Assembly (NCBI RefSeq): GCF_964194155.1
Contig: NC_135892.1
Span: 61,070,001-61,134,000, forward strand
Reading direction: 5' to 3'
Origin: Cetorhinus maximus
Taxonomy: Eukaryota
Length of the DNA stretch: 64,000 nt
Within the stretch, counting starts at the first letter, position 1, and each line of letters opens with the position of its first letter. The notes beneath the pieces are model-generated. The model saw only the letters and a list, made by a program, of their open reading frames with translations, searched no databases and was not told the origin of the DNA. Both the position numbers and the translations under genes were made by a program. Positions 23,300 to 36,760 of the stretch are shown piece after piece.

Positions 23300-25150
23300 C
23301 TGGTCTTAACTGCAATGTTTTGGTAGTGAATTGTATATTATTTGTATGCAGGTGGTGAGCATTAGCTAGGCATTCACTTGAGCCCCCTATATATAGACAC
23401 AAATTAAAGCTGTGGTTGTTCGGTTTGGAGGTGTATGCTTGCAATGTGTTACGCTGTAAATAAATATAAAAGTGCATAAAGCTTGACTCCAGGTCTGCCT
23501 TTCACCAACTGGCTTTCTGGAATAGAGCATGGGAGGGGCTGGTTGTCCAAAGGTGGAGTTTGGAAGTTAAGAAAAAAAATCAGAAAATAAGAATCCTAGA
23601 GGCCATTGTGAAAAATGGCAGAATTCAAATGTAAAGTGTCAGGTGTGATCACCCTCCACTGTTCCAAGGGCGAGAACTATGTGACCAGTAAAAGAATGAA
23701 GTTGGTATGTGGACATCTCTACAAAAAAGAAAACAAGGTGTGGCCTCGGCGTTTTCCCTTTTTACCAGAAGTAAACGATTTTTTGAGCTGAATGCCTGTC
23801 AGTTGGATCGCGATGAAGCTTTGGACCTTCTATTAGAGCTCTTGGATGAAATTCTCTAAAAAAGAGATGGCATTTCTGAGACATGGTCGGACTTTGATAG
23901 ATTAAAAAGAAAACAGTCCTATGGAGGACTTTAACAGGCTGTATAAAAGATTGACAAATTTAAATTTGGGATCCCTGGATCAATAGTAGTGTTTAAATTG
24001 CTAAGGTGCCTTATATGGACAGGCTCCTGGTTCTATCTGGTGTTTGGCTCACGGAGATGGAGACCCTGTTGGATCAGATACCTGCTGCCTTGAAAAAAAG
24101 TCCTGGGGAAACAGTCATTTCCTTCAACCTTCATGGAATAATTGGGACACAAAGAATAGTGAACTCAATGATTGCCAGATTTCAAAATGGTCCATATACT
24201 GTACAAAAGCATCAATATAATGGAATGATTAACTAGGCAGGATGATGATGAAAGCACCCTTAGCAGATCTGGCTATTGTAGTATAAGAGAGCATGGGATA
24301 GCAATAATTGGTGAATTAATCCAGGGATTCCCAAGAACGGTTAATAGGTTCTTTAGATGTGACTCAAAATATCATTATCCATTGAACTGCCCCAATGCAG
24401 AGAGGCAGGGTCCTTGAAATGACATGTGATAAAGAGAATTATTAGAAAGAAAGTCAAGATAATGATGAATGCAACCAAATTATACTGGTAACAGAATTTT
24501 CATCATGTGATGAATCTGTTAGTTGCAGACTTGTTTAACTGCGCAGTGCTAGATAGTGTGTGTGCTTTACAGTATGTGGAATAGATTGGTTAAAATGTTA
24601 CCTCAACTCACTATGTACTGATAATAGAAGAAAGGTTAAGGAATATAAAAGTACTACTTGCTTCACGTTTGCAGGTGGTAACACATTAAGGTCTCTAAAG
24701 AGAGTTGTAATCTATTTAAATAGATGGAGTAAGTCATCCCTAGTGAGATATCTATGCTGTTGGGTACTCCTATGAAAAAGACACAAAAAAACCTTGACCA
24801 GGAGAATGATAAAGCAGTTTCTTTTGGAAATTCAGTGGATCTGCAGTTTTCTCGCTCAGGTCATTATTATATCCTTTTAATGAAACCTGATATTTCTCAT
24901 CAGAGTATTAGGCAAGTATTAATTGCATCAGATGATAAGAATCAGAGATGAAATAATAGTAAATTGTCTTAAGTGACAAATTCAATTTGTTCACCCTACG
25001 TGTCAAAGGTTTAAAAAACAATCCTGTTAAAGATGCAGGTATAGTTGATGAAATGTATAGAAGGCTAATGGAAGAGATTAGCGAGAAGTATGAAATCTGC
25101 AAAACGTATCGGGGATGCCACCAAGTCCTATTGCAAGTCTTCTGTAGGCA
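23300..25150 (+). mobile_element. Decayed LTR retrotransposon with gag-protease-integrase order (Ty1/Copia, possibly GalEa-like)
   Basis: LTR-like segment with TATATATA and AATAAA (~23330-23524); gag DHPPLF..DQ*KNEVGMWT; Zn knuckle RCDSKYHYPLNCP (~24355); protease FNCAVLDS..TVCGIDWLKCYL (~24530-24605); integrase HHCC-like FVHPTCQR..LMEEISEKYEICKTY (~24985-25110). Confidence 0.75.
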
Positions 25151-27237
25151 CATGACTAGCAGAATGGGGTGAAAGAGTGGAGAGTAAGAAAGCACAGCGC
25201 AAGTACTGAGAGTGCATCTGGAAGTGACATTTGTATCAGAAAATGATGAAAATTACTGAAGGAAGACCCTCTGATAGCGCAATAGGGTGATCTTGTAGTT
25301 GTAGTCCCGACAGACACAAAAGCGCACTTAGAACCTATTGCGTGAACAGACTACACAAGGAAATGCAGTCTCAGAACAGAAGAGAAGCAGAAGTCCACAT
25401 GATTGTGAGGTTTTGGTGGCTGCTAATAAACTTGAGAATAAGTTAATGACTGACATAACAAAGATAATTAAATAGTGAGACAATAGGTACCACAATTCTA
25501 GCTGTGGTCAATGTGTGCACTTTTACATTGTGATAGCACCACAGACACATTTAACTCCCAAAATTGGGGTCAGGTGAGATGTTCAAATTTTAAAAATATC
25601 AGAACCAACCAGCCCACCTTCAACTCATCCACTTTTGGTTTTAACAGTTGGAGAGGGGGAAATCACACTGCTCGCAGGAGGCAGGTTGGCAATTTAAATA
25701 TTTGAATGAGGCTAGCAGTCGCAGGTCTAACCCTGGCAATTGAAGAAAGGCAAGGATAGGTTTGGGGAGAAGGTAAATGACTTTACAGCACAGCTTGTGG
25801 GCCAGGAGGAACAGGGGTGCTTTCCCCTGACCCTTGTAAGTTTACCTGTTTACCTTTTATCAAACTCCCTCACAGATTTTGAAGCCCCCGAGCCAAAGAT
25901 TGGACTCCTCCAGGATTGGACACCTCCATGTGGTTGGAGATCTGATGCCCCTGGGCTTGGGGATCAGAGTTATCTGAGGGTTAAGATCCCCTACCCCAGG
26001 TTTGGGGATTGCAACCCCTTCCCCAGTAACTGCATGCTCTCTACCTGGGGCTGCAGCTTGCTCTTGAGTGCTCCTCATCTAACTGGTGCCCAAGTCTGTC
26101 AATCATGCTGACTTGTGGGTGTGAAACCTGTTCAAGAAAACAAACAGACTCTGCGGAGTTTTAACTCCACAGCGTGCAGGGCTGTCTGGACATCCTGAAT
26201 TTACACTGAAACTCTGTCCCCAACGCTGCTCCCACCTATATGGTTCTGGCTCTTATCAGTTTTGAGGCCCTGATATTCAGGCCCTATTTGTTTGGTGGCA
26301 CCACAAAGATACACATTCAGTCCAGAAATTTCAGGGCTTGTGATCACAGCAGCTATGCTACTGTCTGGAGTTGGTACCGAAATCCACCTCCAGAGAAATT
26401 ATTTTTCAGCCCCTTCAACCCGTCTTACAAAGGTGGCTGATAATTAAATTAAATCATCTTTTATTTAAATTTATGTATATTCAGCAGTCTAATCTACTTC
26501 CTTCCTTGAACCCCATCCTTGACATAGCCCACGTACACCTTCCTAAAGACTATTACCACTTACCTCACTCTGTATTAACACCAAACTTATGCTAGGTGCC
26601 ACTCATGATGGGGAAATGAGAACTCCCAGAATAAGAAGTCCACCTTCCCTTCTCAGTTCTCTTTGATAACGGGCTGAAATTGGAAGGCCACCTGGTTAAG
26701 TAAGCCTGGCAGCAGCTTTTACATGTATTTTGTTGTGTCTCTGGGTCTGCTGTTGGTTCGAACAGTACCTGCTCCTGTGCAATAAATGCACTGAGTCAAA
26801 TTCTGAGCATCTGCAGGCTGGTATTACAGATGTCCTGATGTCAATGCTGTATGCATATGGAGTCTTCAAAATTGACACAGCTTGCTTACACACAAGAACA
26901 AGATAGAATCAGGAGAAGAACTTGAGCCTGTTTTGACATTTGTAGTTAAGTTATGTTTAACTCTTTATTTGCTTTAATATTGTGTAAAGGAAAAAATCAT
27001 ATGAGTTTATTCTTTATGTAATCATATAGGTTGTTTTCCTTTCTAAGGGCCCTCCAAGGGATGCCTTTGTTGCCAGCTATGTATATTCAAACCTGTTAAT
27101 TAAGTCCTGCCATTAGAAGGACAAACTTCACTGGTCTGTTGCTGGTAGAAGTACATTTATCAAACTCTTTTAATCTGCATTCCATGATAATGGTCAGAAA
27201 AACAACATGGAAATCCACTTTTTGGCCCCGACTCCTC

Positions 27238-28560
27238 CTTATACCACCCTTTTACTACTTATTTGCCTATAGCAGACTTTGGGATTCCCCTTTATGTTAG
27301 CTGTCAATCTCTTTTCATGCTCCCTCTTTGCTTTTCCTATTTGCTTTTTCACCTCTCCTCTGAACCTTCTGTATTCAGCCTGATTCTCAATTGTATTTTC
27401 TACCTGACAGCTGTCATAAGAACACTTTTTCTTCTTTATCTTAATTTCTACCTCCTTTGTTATCCAGGGAGCTCTGGATTTGTTTGCCCTACCTTTATCT
27501 TTTGAGGGAATATACCTTGATTGTGCCTGAACCCCCTCTTGATTGAAATTTTCCCATTGTTCCGCTATTGTTTTTCCTGCCAAACTTTGGCTCCAAGTTA
27601 TTTGGCCCAGATTTGTTCCTACCCCACTGAAGTTGGCTTTCCGCCAGTCAATTATTCTTACTCTGGATTGTTCATTGTCCTTTTCCATAGTCATCCTAAA
27701 CCTTATGATACAATGATCACTTCCCCCTAAATGTTCTCCCACTGACACTTGATCTATTTGGCCCACCTCATTCCAAGAACCAAATATAGCAGTGCCTCCT
27801 TTCTCATTGGAATGGACACACACTACTTTAGAAAATTCTCCTGAACGCACTCTATGAACTCTTGCCCCTCTCTGCCCTATACACTACCACTATCGCAGTC
27901 TAAATTTGGATAATTTAAGTCTCCCATTATAACAACTCTATTTTTTATACCTCACTGTAATTTCCTTGCAGATTTGTTCCTCCACATCCTTCCTACTAGC
28001 TGGTGGCCTATAGGCTACACCAAGCAATGTAATTGCACACTTTTTGCTCTTTATCTCTAACCAAATCAATTCAGTCCTTAACCCCTCTGGAACATCCTCT
28101 TTCTCCAGCACTGCAATGCTCTCCTTAATCAATACCACCACCCCTCCCTTTTCCTTCCTTTCCTACCTTTCTTGAACACCTTGTATACAGGAATATTTAA
28201 CACCCAGTCCTGCCCTTCCTTGAGCCAATTCTCTGACATAGCCACAACATTAAAATTTCACATGGCAATCTGTGCCTATTCACCAGCTTATTTACCATTA
28301 CCTGTGCATTCACATACATGCATTGTAAACCTGATTTAGACTCTATCATTTTCTCCCTTACTCTGGCTCCACCTATTAACCTACAATTCTCTATTCTAGT
28401 ACTATCTATCCCACCCAGTATTGTCTGCACCTTGGTATTCCCTTCTGATATTTTCTCCTGGTTCCCACACCCTTGCCAAGTTAGTTTAAACCCTCCCCAA
28501 CAGCACTGGCAAGGAACCCAGTCCTGGCTCTGTTCAGGTGCAACCCGTCTGGCTTGCACG
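27238..28560 (-). mobile_element. CR1 LINE 5' part: ORF1 end plus endonuclease domain
   Basis: GFKLTWQG (ORF1 esterase end), LQCMYVNA, IWLEI..GVAYRPP, EHLGGSDHCIIRF, APWIT and NIKGNPK. Confidence 0.9.
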
Positions 28561-28959
28561 TGGCCCGTCTCCATGTTGTCATGAATTCCTGGATTTGGTA
28601 GGAAGTCCTTACAGGGAAGACTGAACAGTGGCTGACCTGTCCACACAAAGGCTACAAGTATGGAGGCTGCTGAGTCAGTGCCTCTGGGTCTGAAACATGA
28701 CAGGGAGATGGAGCAGAGGCTGTGGAGAGGGTAAACTCTGTGGTATGCCTTCTGGTAAGTTGGAGTCTGATTCCTCTGTGCTCCTTGGCAGTGACAGGAG
28801 GCTGTATTGCATGGCAGCAGATGCAAATAACATCATGATGCACATGCTTTTCACATATTTTGAGACCGTGCGACAGGAGGAGAAATCAGGAAAGATGACC
28901 AAAAGCTTAATCAGTGAGGTATGTTTTAAGGAGCATCTTAAAAAAATACTCTAAATTGG

Positions 28960-29205
28960 TTGCAATGAGAGCTTTATATAGCTATAAATTCCAACGCTTT
29001 GTATTGCAACTCCCTTGGCATAAAGGCCAACATGCCATTAGATTTTAAATATTTTTTGTACAGTTCACTAGCTTTTAGTGATTTCCGTACTTGGATCCCT
29101 AAATATCTCAACTCCTCCACAGTTCCTTGCTTCTTACTATTTAGCAAATACATTGTTCTATCATTCTAGGGTCCAAAATTAATGTCCTCACATCTCCCTC
29201 ACATT
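28960..29205 (-). mobile_element. CR1 fragment
   Basis: CATAAAGGCCAACATGCCATTAG..GGATCCCTAAATATCTC corresponds to the RDLG..ANGMLAF region on the minus strand. Confidence 0.7.
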
Positions 29206-29469
29206 AAATGTCAGAATCTGTGGCCAAGAAATTGGGCAGTGGTGTTGGTGCTACAGAAGCCCCGAAGGTATAAAATGACATGGGACACCCCAAGTGGAGC
29301 TCCATGCTGGACAGGGTGCTTGCATAGATATGCTTTGCGTGCACAGGTAGCACACGGAGAGGGCTGGTAATGACATCATCAGCTGCTGTGGAAGACTTAA
29401 CACAGGTCTGCAGAGACTGCAGAGCGGGGAAACTCTGCAAAGTGGGAGGAGGAGGTTGGCTATGGACAG

Positions 29470-31270
29470 AAGGCCTTATCAACCATAGGTTTCCAGAGAA
29501 CATTTTTTATACCTGTCTAAACCAGGAGCAATACTTGAGGTGGTTCAAGTTCACCAAAGGGGTGGTCACTGAACTGTACCACCTTCTTCAGCATAACCAG
29601 AGCCTCACACCCGGACAAGGACAGCACCCTCAGTGGCTGTAATTTTAGCTGTGGCACTAAACCTCAATGTGGCATGATTTTTCCAGGCAGGGGCAGGTGG
29701 CATGTATGACATTTTTCAGCATGCTGTCCATCGGAGCATCCATGTGCCAAAAGAGGTGATTATGTTGGTTCAAATCTTCGGGTATGCATCTCAGCGAAAT
29801 CTGGACTTAAGTTGGCAGATCTGTGTCAGGACGCCATGAAATTCCTGATGCTCACACACGTGTTGAAATTGCCCAAGATGTTTCAACCTCCGATGGGCTG
29901 ATTTCGACTGCCCTGGACCCTCCACAATTGTCTTCGACACTGAGCTCGGTGTCAGAGACTTAGGCTAGATTTGTTTGGATACTTACCCAGGAAATGTTAC
30001 GATGGTTAATACCTGGTCTAACTCAGTGACTAGCCAACATAACTGAACTGAGCGTCACAATCAATCATCTCCCCGATCCTACTCAACCCAACTACCCTCC
30101 TGACCCAGCTAGATCCAACTAGCCCCCCAACCAGCTGACACCCCCCACAACACATTAAGGCCTGACCCAACCAAACTAACCCCCCCACACCAATTACCGC
30201 CCACCTGACCCGAATACCTCCCAGTCAACTGCCCCCAACCTGACCTGACTACCCCCCACCCAACCACCCCCTCGACCCAACCTGACCACCCGCCACTCAA
30301 CTACGCCCCCCAAGACAACTTGTGAGCCTACCCACTCACTCCTTCATCCACGCAACCACTCACTAGCCCATTAAAAGACTTGAGTCTTTTAAAAACTTAC
30401 CTAATTATGACAGCTAATGTCGTAAAAAGGGTGCATGTCCTCTCTTCAACTGTCTTCTCTTGCGCTTGCCAGACTTGCCCTGGAGAAGCTGTGCTGACCC
30501 AGCAATGCTGCAGCTGGGATCAGAAGTCCTGACTGAAAATGGGCAGTACTGTCAGGTTGGAGAAAAATTTGTGGGCAGCAGAAATGTGCCCAGCTTTGCT
30601 GTTGACTGGAAGATCCAGGCCAATGTGTTCCCGCTCAAGGAGGGAGAAACAGAATGAGTGGGCACATCGGTTTTCCAGAAACGTCGGGTTCCCCATGTTC
30701 AGGGAGCCATTTACTGCATAGACATGGGCCCCCATGTCAACTGGGGAAATTTAGAAATCATGAGGGATACCATCCCAACAATGTTTCGGCACAAACTAGA
30801 AGGGCCGAATGGCCTGTTTTCTGTGCTGTAGTTTTCTATGGTTCTAATATGCAGCTGGTGCATGACCATGTACAATACAACATTTCGGTGAACGTGCTCA
30901 ACCTTTGCAGGAGCCATAATGCCTTCATTCTGAGGCAGTCTGCCATTCCCACTGTCTTTGCACCGCTAAGAACAAACAGAGGGTTACTGCTAGAGACAAA
31001 AACAAACTCTGTCTGCATGTCTGATGATTCCCTCCACCACCTGACCATATGAGGATTGCAAGTGTTATAACAAGAGCCATGCTGCCACCAGGAACATCAT
31101 GGAGTCGACCATTGGTGTGCCGAAACAACATCTCCTATGCCTGGACTGCTGAGGAAGAAGCCTTCCAGTATACGCTACAACATGTCTCCAAGTTCACGGT
31201 GGACCACTGTGTCCTCCACAACATCACCATCATGAGGGATCAGCCATTGCCACAAGTTATCTAGAGGCTA
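29470..31270 (+). pseudogene. HARBI1-type Harbinger transposase relic split by a MITE (~29780-30620) and a CR1 tail (~30740-30846)
   Basis: 5' part LNQEQYLRWFKFTKGVVTELYHLLQ..VAVILAVALNL..FFQAGAG..DIFQHAVHRSI; 3' part QLVHDH..SHNAFILRQSAIPTVF..YNKSHAATRNIMESTIGV.KQ..CLD..QYTLQHVSKFTVDHCVLHNI, then an acidic tail. Confidence 0.85.
29780..30621. mobile_element. Non-autonomous element with C-rich core (same family as 48560-51130)
   Basis: ACTTACC..GACAGCTAATGTCGTAAAAAGGG.GCATGTCC matches 49212-49300; ends GGAAGATCCAGGCC. Confidence 0.6.
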
Positions 31271-32459
31271 ACTTGGGAGGAAGAGGAAGAGGAGGAGAAA
31301 GAGGAGACAGGGAGGAGGCAGGAAGGACAACGTTGCTCTAGACAGACTGTCCACGGCCACCTACTTAGACTCTGCTTCCCATAGAACAACTTCCTTTTAC
31401 CACCCTGGCTCCACTGTTCCCCACCTCATCATCAACCTTGGACAACCCATTCCAGAATCCCCTTGGGCCAAGATGCTAGACTAAAAGTCATCATCAATAA
31501 CCTTTCTATAATATCTTTATACAAATGTTCCTCAACTTATATGAACACAGATGACTATTCACCCTTATGCATTCCCTTAATTCCTGTCTTGCATCTGCCT
31601 TTGCTTGACTTAAGTGCTAATTGGTGTGAGGAACTTGAGGTAATAACATCAGCAGAGAAAAAGTATTGGAGAAACCTAAGGGACCTAGAGACAACAAATC
31701 CCTAGGATCTAATGGCTTACTTCCTCAGGTTCTAAAAGAGTTAACTGCAGTGAATCCACTGGTTGTGATTTTCCAAAAGTTCCCTGGATTCTAGAATGGT
31801 CCCTGCCATGTTTTTATAATTATATAAAGGCACTAATCACTCATAAAGGATTGTGTAAACACCTTATGGGTTCATTTATTTAAATAGAACACATGAAAAC
31901 CATATATACATGTGTAGAAAGCTTGAAGACATTAGCAGCAGAGCTGTGTGCCATGTGCTCTGCTCACAGGCCAAAGTGAAACTGAGACTGGATCACATGA
32001 CACACTTCCCTTCTAGTGATGGCATGCTGCTATCCCTTAAAAGCATATTACAACATCCCCTTTTCCTTTTAAAGATACTTTCTCCTCTTCCAATTAAGTA
32101 TAACTATTTACAACAATTGTTCATGTTTGGTTACCATTTCATTAGTATAAGACTGCTGAATCGATGAGTTTCTAAAGAATAAAGGTAATCTGCTGGTATG
32201 TCCAGATCTTGTAATGGTAATCTTGTCTGGGGGTCTCTTTAATCACTCACAGTAACTTGTGAGATTATCATTCTTGGATGTTGTTCCTAGTTGTGTTTGG
32301 GATCTTGTCCTAGATGAAATAGGACTGTATGGTAGTTGAAGATCTGGAATGGGTCTGATTTGTCCTCAGTTACACTTCATCATTGCACCTTTGTGTGTAA
32401 TGATTTCACAGGACCTTGGCTCCAAGCATATCCTTGTCACTTTGGCTGGTTGCCATGCA

Positions 32460-35400
32460 CCTTCTATTCATCAATGTTCCACTTAACAAAACCATAGATA
32501 TTTGTGATGCAGCACTATATCATAACGATCTAGGCCTGCCAACATTGCGCGAATCAGTATTCATTATACTTATGAACTCGGCAACTCAGCAGTTGAGTTC
32601 AGTTTTAATGACACCATGTATGCCCAAATGGATGCTGTTGCAATGGGACCCTCTCTAGACCCAGCTCTCGCAAACATCTTTGTTGGGTTCCATGAGAAAC
32701 GGATCTTCAATGGAATATATCTAACCTCCTACCCCTTGTGTATTTCCATTATGTGGATGATACCTTTGCTATATTTAAATACGCAGCTGCATGTAATAAT
32801 TTCCTTACATGCCTTAATGGGCTCACCTTTGAAATGGAGCAGGCTAATGAACTCTCCTTCCTTGATGTACTAATTGAGAAATCTGTGAGGAGGTTCTTTA
32901 CCATGGTCTACCACAAGCCTACCTTCACTGGTCAATATACGCATTGAGATCCTTTCATTTCCATATACTATAAGATTTGTCTTATTGGCAACCTTGTAAA
33001 TAGGGCTTGAACCATTTGCTCACCATGCAAGCTTAAGGTTGAATTAGGGCGCATCAAACACACCCTGCAGGAAAATAGCTACCCTGATCAGATCATTTTG
33101 TGTTGTATATCACGCAAACTCATGAACAACAGGTGAAGCTAGCCGTTTCACGCTTCTACTATGCAGTGGTAACACGAGTGGTATTCACCACTAACAAGAT
33201 GCTACCATCAAGCCAAAAAGACATTCTGCCTATCTCACAAATGAGTAATGTGGTATATGAATTTCAGTCCCTGTGTGATGCCAGATATATAGGCCATATG
33301 ACACAAGGGCTTGCAGATCGTATCAAACAGCATGTCCCAGCTGCTGTTCGCAATGGGGAAGGTACTCGCTGTACCCAACCAGCCCGTTCTTGCAAAACTC
33401 AAAACACAGTGTCCAACATTAGATGTGATTGCACGATTGGACAATATTTGCTAAGTAATCCTCAGTGTGCTAAGAATTACGCTGACAACAAATTTAAGAT
33501 TGTTGGTCGGGCTCGCAGTGTGGCTCATTTGCATGTACTAGAAGCTACATATATTAATACACAGGGCCCTGTTCTTTGCAGACAGAAAGAGCATGTACAC
33601 ACATTGCACCTGTTTTACCTAAACAAAATAAGTGGCAGCCATTCACTGACTCATTCCTCAGGGCAATGCCTTCACAAATCAGGGTCAAGCTGCCTGGTTT
33701 AAATTTCAAACAATGCCTGGCAGTTAACTGTCAGTCACTATCAGTTATGCATCCTCCATTGTAACACTTCTATCTATCAGAGTCCATAAGACCATAAGAC
33801 CATAAGACATAGGAGCAGAAGTAGGCCACTTAGCCCATCAAGTCTGCTCTGCCATTCAATGAGATCATGGCTGATCTGATAATCCTCAACTCCACTTTCC
33901 TGCCTTTTCCCCATACGCCTTTATTCCCTTACTGATTAAAATTCTGTCTATCTCAGGCTTGCATATACTTAACGACCCAGCCTCTACAGCCTCTACAGGT
34001 AAAGAATTCCACAGATTGACTACCCTCTGAGAGAAGAAACTCCTCCTCATCTCTGTTTGAAATGGGCACCCCGTTACTGTGAGATTATGCCCTCTGGTCC
34101 TAGACTCTCCCACAAGGTGAAACAACCTCTTAGCGTCTACCCTGTCAAGCGCCCTAAGAATTTTAAATGTTTCAATAAGGTCGCCCCTCATTTTTCTAAA
34201 CTCCAGTGAGTACAGGCCCAACCTACTCAATCTTCCCTCATAATAAAATCCCTCCATCCCTGGGATCAACCTAGTGAAGCTTCTCTGGACTGCCTTCAAT
34301 GCCAGTATATCTTTCCTTAGATAAAGGGACCAAAACTGTGGACAGTATCCTAGGTGCAGTTTAACTAGTGCCTTGTATAGATTTAGCAAAACTTCTCTAT
34401 TTTAATACTCCATTCCCTCTGAAATAAAGGCCAACATTCCATTGCCTTACCTATTACCTGCTGAACTTGTATGCTAGCATTTTGGGATTCATGCATGAGG
34501 ACCCCCAAATCCCTCTGTGTTGCAGATTTCTTCAGTCTTTCTCCATTTAAGTAATATTTAGCTCCTCTATTATTCTTGCCAAAGTGCATAACCTCACATT
34601 TTGCCACATTGTATGCCATCTACCATGTTTTTGCCCACTCACTTAGCCTATCTATATCCTCACCACCTGCTTTCCCACCTATTTTTGTGTCATCTGCAAA
34701 CTTGGTGATGGTACATTCATTTCTCTCAACCAAGTCATTAATATATATTGTAAATAATTGTGGCCCCAGCACTGACCCCTGTGGTACACCACTGGTTATA
34801 GGTTGCCATCCTGAAAATGCACCCTCGTATCCCAACTCTCAGTCTTTTATTAGTTAGCCAGTCCTCTATCCATGCTAATATACTACCCCCAACACAATGG
34901 GCTCTTATCTTATTAAGTAGCTTTGTGTGTGGTACTTTATTGAACGCCTTTTGGAAATCCAAATATATTACATCTACTGATTCCTCTTTATCTAATCTGG
35001 TTGTTACCTCCTCAAAGAATTCTAATAAAGTTGTCAGGCATGATTTCCCCTTCATGAAGCCATGTTCACTCTGCTTGATTATATTATGCATTTCTAAATG
35101 CTCTGCTATTACATCCTTTATAATAGACTCTAACATTTTCCCAATGACAGATATTATGTGAACTGGCCTATAGTTACCTGTTTTTTGTCTCCCTCCCTTT
35201 TTGAATAAGGGTGTTACATTGGCAGTTTCCCAATCCTCTGGGACCTTTCCAGAATCTAAGCATTCTTGGAAGATTACTATCAGTGCATCCACTATCTCTG
35301 CAGCTATTTCCTTTAATATCCTAGGATATAACCCATTAGGTCAAGGTTACTTATTGGCCTTTAGCCCTTTTAGTTTCCCTAGTACTTTTTCTCTAGTGAT

Positions 35401-36760
35401 AGTTATTGTATTTATTTCCTCCCCCACTGTTTTGCGTCTTGATTATTTAGTATTTTTAGTATGCTAGTGGTGCCTTCCACTGTGAAGACTGATGCAAAGT
35501 ATTTACTCAACTCCTCTGCCATTTCCTTGGTTCCCCATTATTATTTCCCCAGCCTCATTCTCTAAGGGGCCTATATTGACTTTGGCCTCTCTCTTCCTTT
35601 TTATATATTTAAAGAAACTCTTACTGTCCATTTTTATATTACTTGCTAGTTAGCCTTCAAAGTTTATTTTTCCCTCTTTTTTTTGTTGGTCATCTTCTGT
35701 TGGTTTTTAAAACTTTCCCAACCCTCTGGTTTACCACTAATCTTTGCCACATTGTATGTTTTTTCTTTCACTTTGATACTATCCTTAACTTCCTTGGTTA
35801 ATCATGGTTGGTTTATTCCTTTCCTACAATCCTTTTTCCTCACTGGGATATATCTTTATTGCGAGTCATGAACTATTTTCTTAAACGTCTGCCATTGTTC
35901 ATTAACCATCTTTTCTGCTAAACTCCTTTCCCAGTCCACTCCAGCTAACTCTGCCTCATTCCTTTGTAATTACCCTTATTTAAGTTTAGCACAGTTGTTT
36001 CTAAACTAAGTTTTTCTCTCTCAAATTGAATGCTAAATTCCATCATGTTATGGTCACTGTTTCTGAGGGGATATTTTACTCTGAGATCATTTATTAAATC
36101 TGCCTAATTACACATTACCAGATCCAAAATAACCTGATCCCTGGTTGGATTCATAACATATTGTCCTAGGAAACAGTCCTGAACACTCTATGAATTCTTG
36201 CTCATGGCTACCTCTGCTAATTTGATTTTCCCAATCTACTAGAAGATTAAAGTCACCATGGTTAATATACTGCCTTTTTTACATGTCTTCATTATCTCCT
36301 GATTTATTCTCTGCCCGACAGCATAGCTACTGTTAGGGGGCCTATAGACTACTCCCACCAGTGTCTTCTTCCCCTTGTTATTTCTTACGTCCACCCATAT
36401 GGATTCCACATCTTCTGATCCAAGATCATTTCTTGCTGTCATATTTATTCCATCTCATACTAGCAAAGCTACTCCACCACATTTTCCTTCCTGCCTTTCC
36501 TTTCGAAAAGTCACATACCCCTGAATATTTAGTTCCCAGCTTTGATCTCCTCGTAACCATGTCTCCATAATGGCTATACGATCATACCCATTAACCTCTA
36601 TTTGTACCATTAATTCATTTACTTGCCAACTAATCAGCACTGTCTTCACATACCATATAAATTGTTATTTTCCCCTTATATTGGCATTCTTGTACATTGT
36701 CCCAATGAGTGCAGGATGAAAAGCTTCAACAGATCTCTTTTTTCAGCAATACTCAAGTTA
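32460..36760 (+). mobile_element. Penelope-like element (family 2): RT and GIY-YIG at 32460-33785, 3' UTR resuming at ~36620-36760
   Basis: LFINVPL, YAQMDAVAMGPSLDPALANIFVG, YFHYVDDTF, LSFLDV..VYHKPT, NVVYEFQSLCDARYIGHMTQGLADRIKQH, LEATYI; frameshifted. Confidence 0.9.
33786..36622 (-). mobile_element. Near-complete CR1 ORF2 (EN+RT) with (TCTTATGG)n tail; relatively young but frameshifted
   Basis: [78 protein letters not shown] and FFSQRVVNLWNSLP. Confidence 0.95.

Noticed and set aside
26760-27180. Possible exons in a unique segment
   Set aside because: Frames after the candidate acceptors hit stops quickly and no convincing donor was found.
29470-31270. Functional host HARBI1 gene
   Set aside because: Stops, frameshifts, degenerate catalytic motifs and interruption by a MITE and a CR1 tail.
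33100-33702. Intact 200-aa GIY-YIG nuclease gene
   Set aside because: It is the C-terminal part of a frameshifted Penelope ORF with no evidence of domestication.
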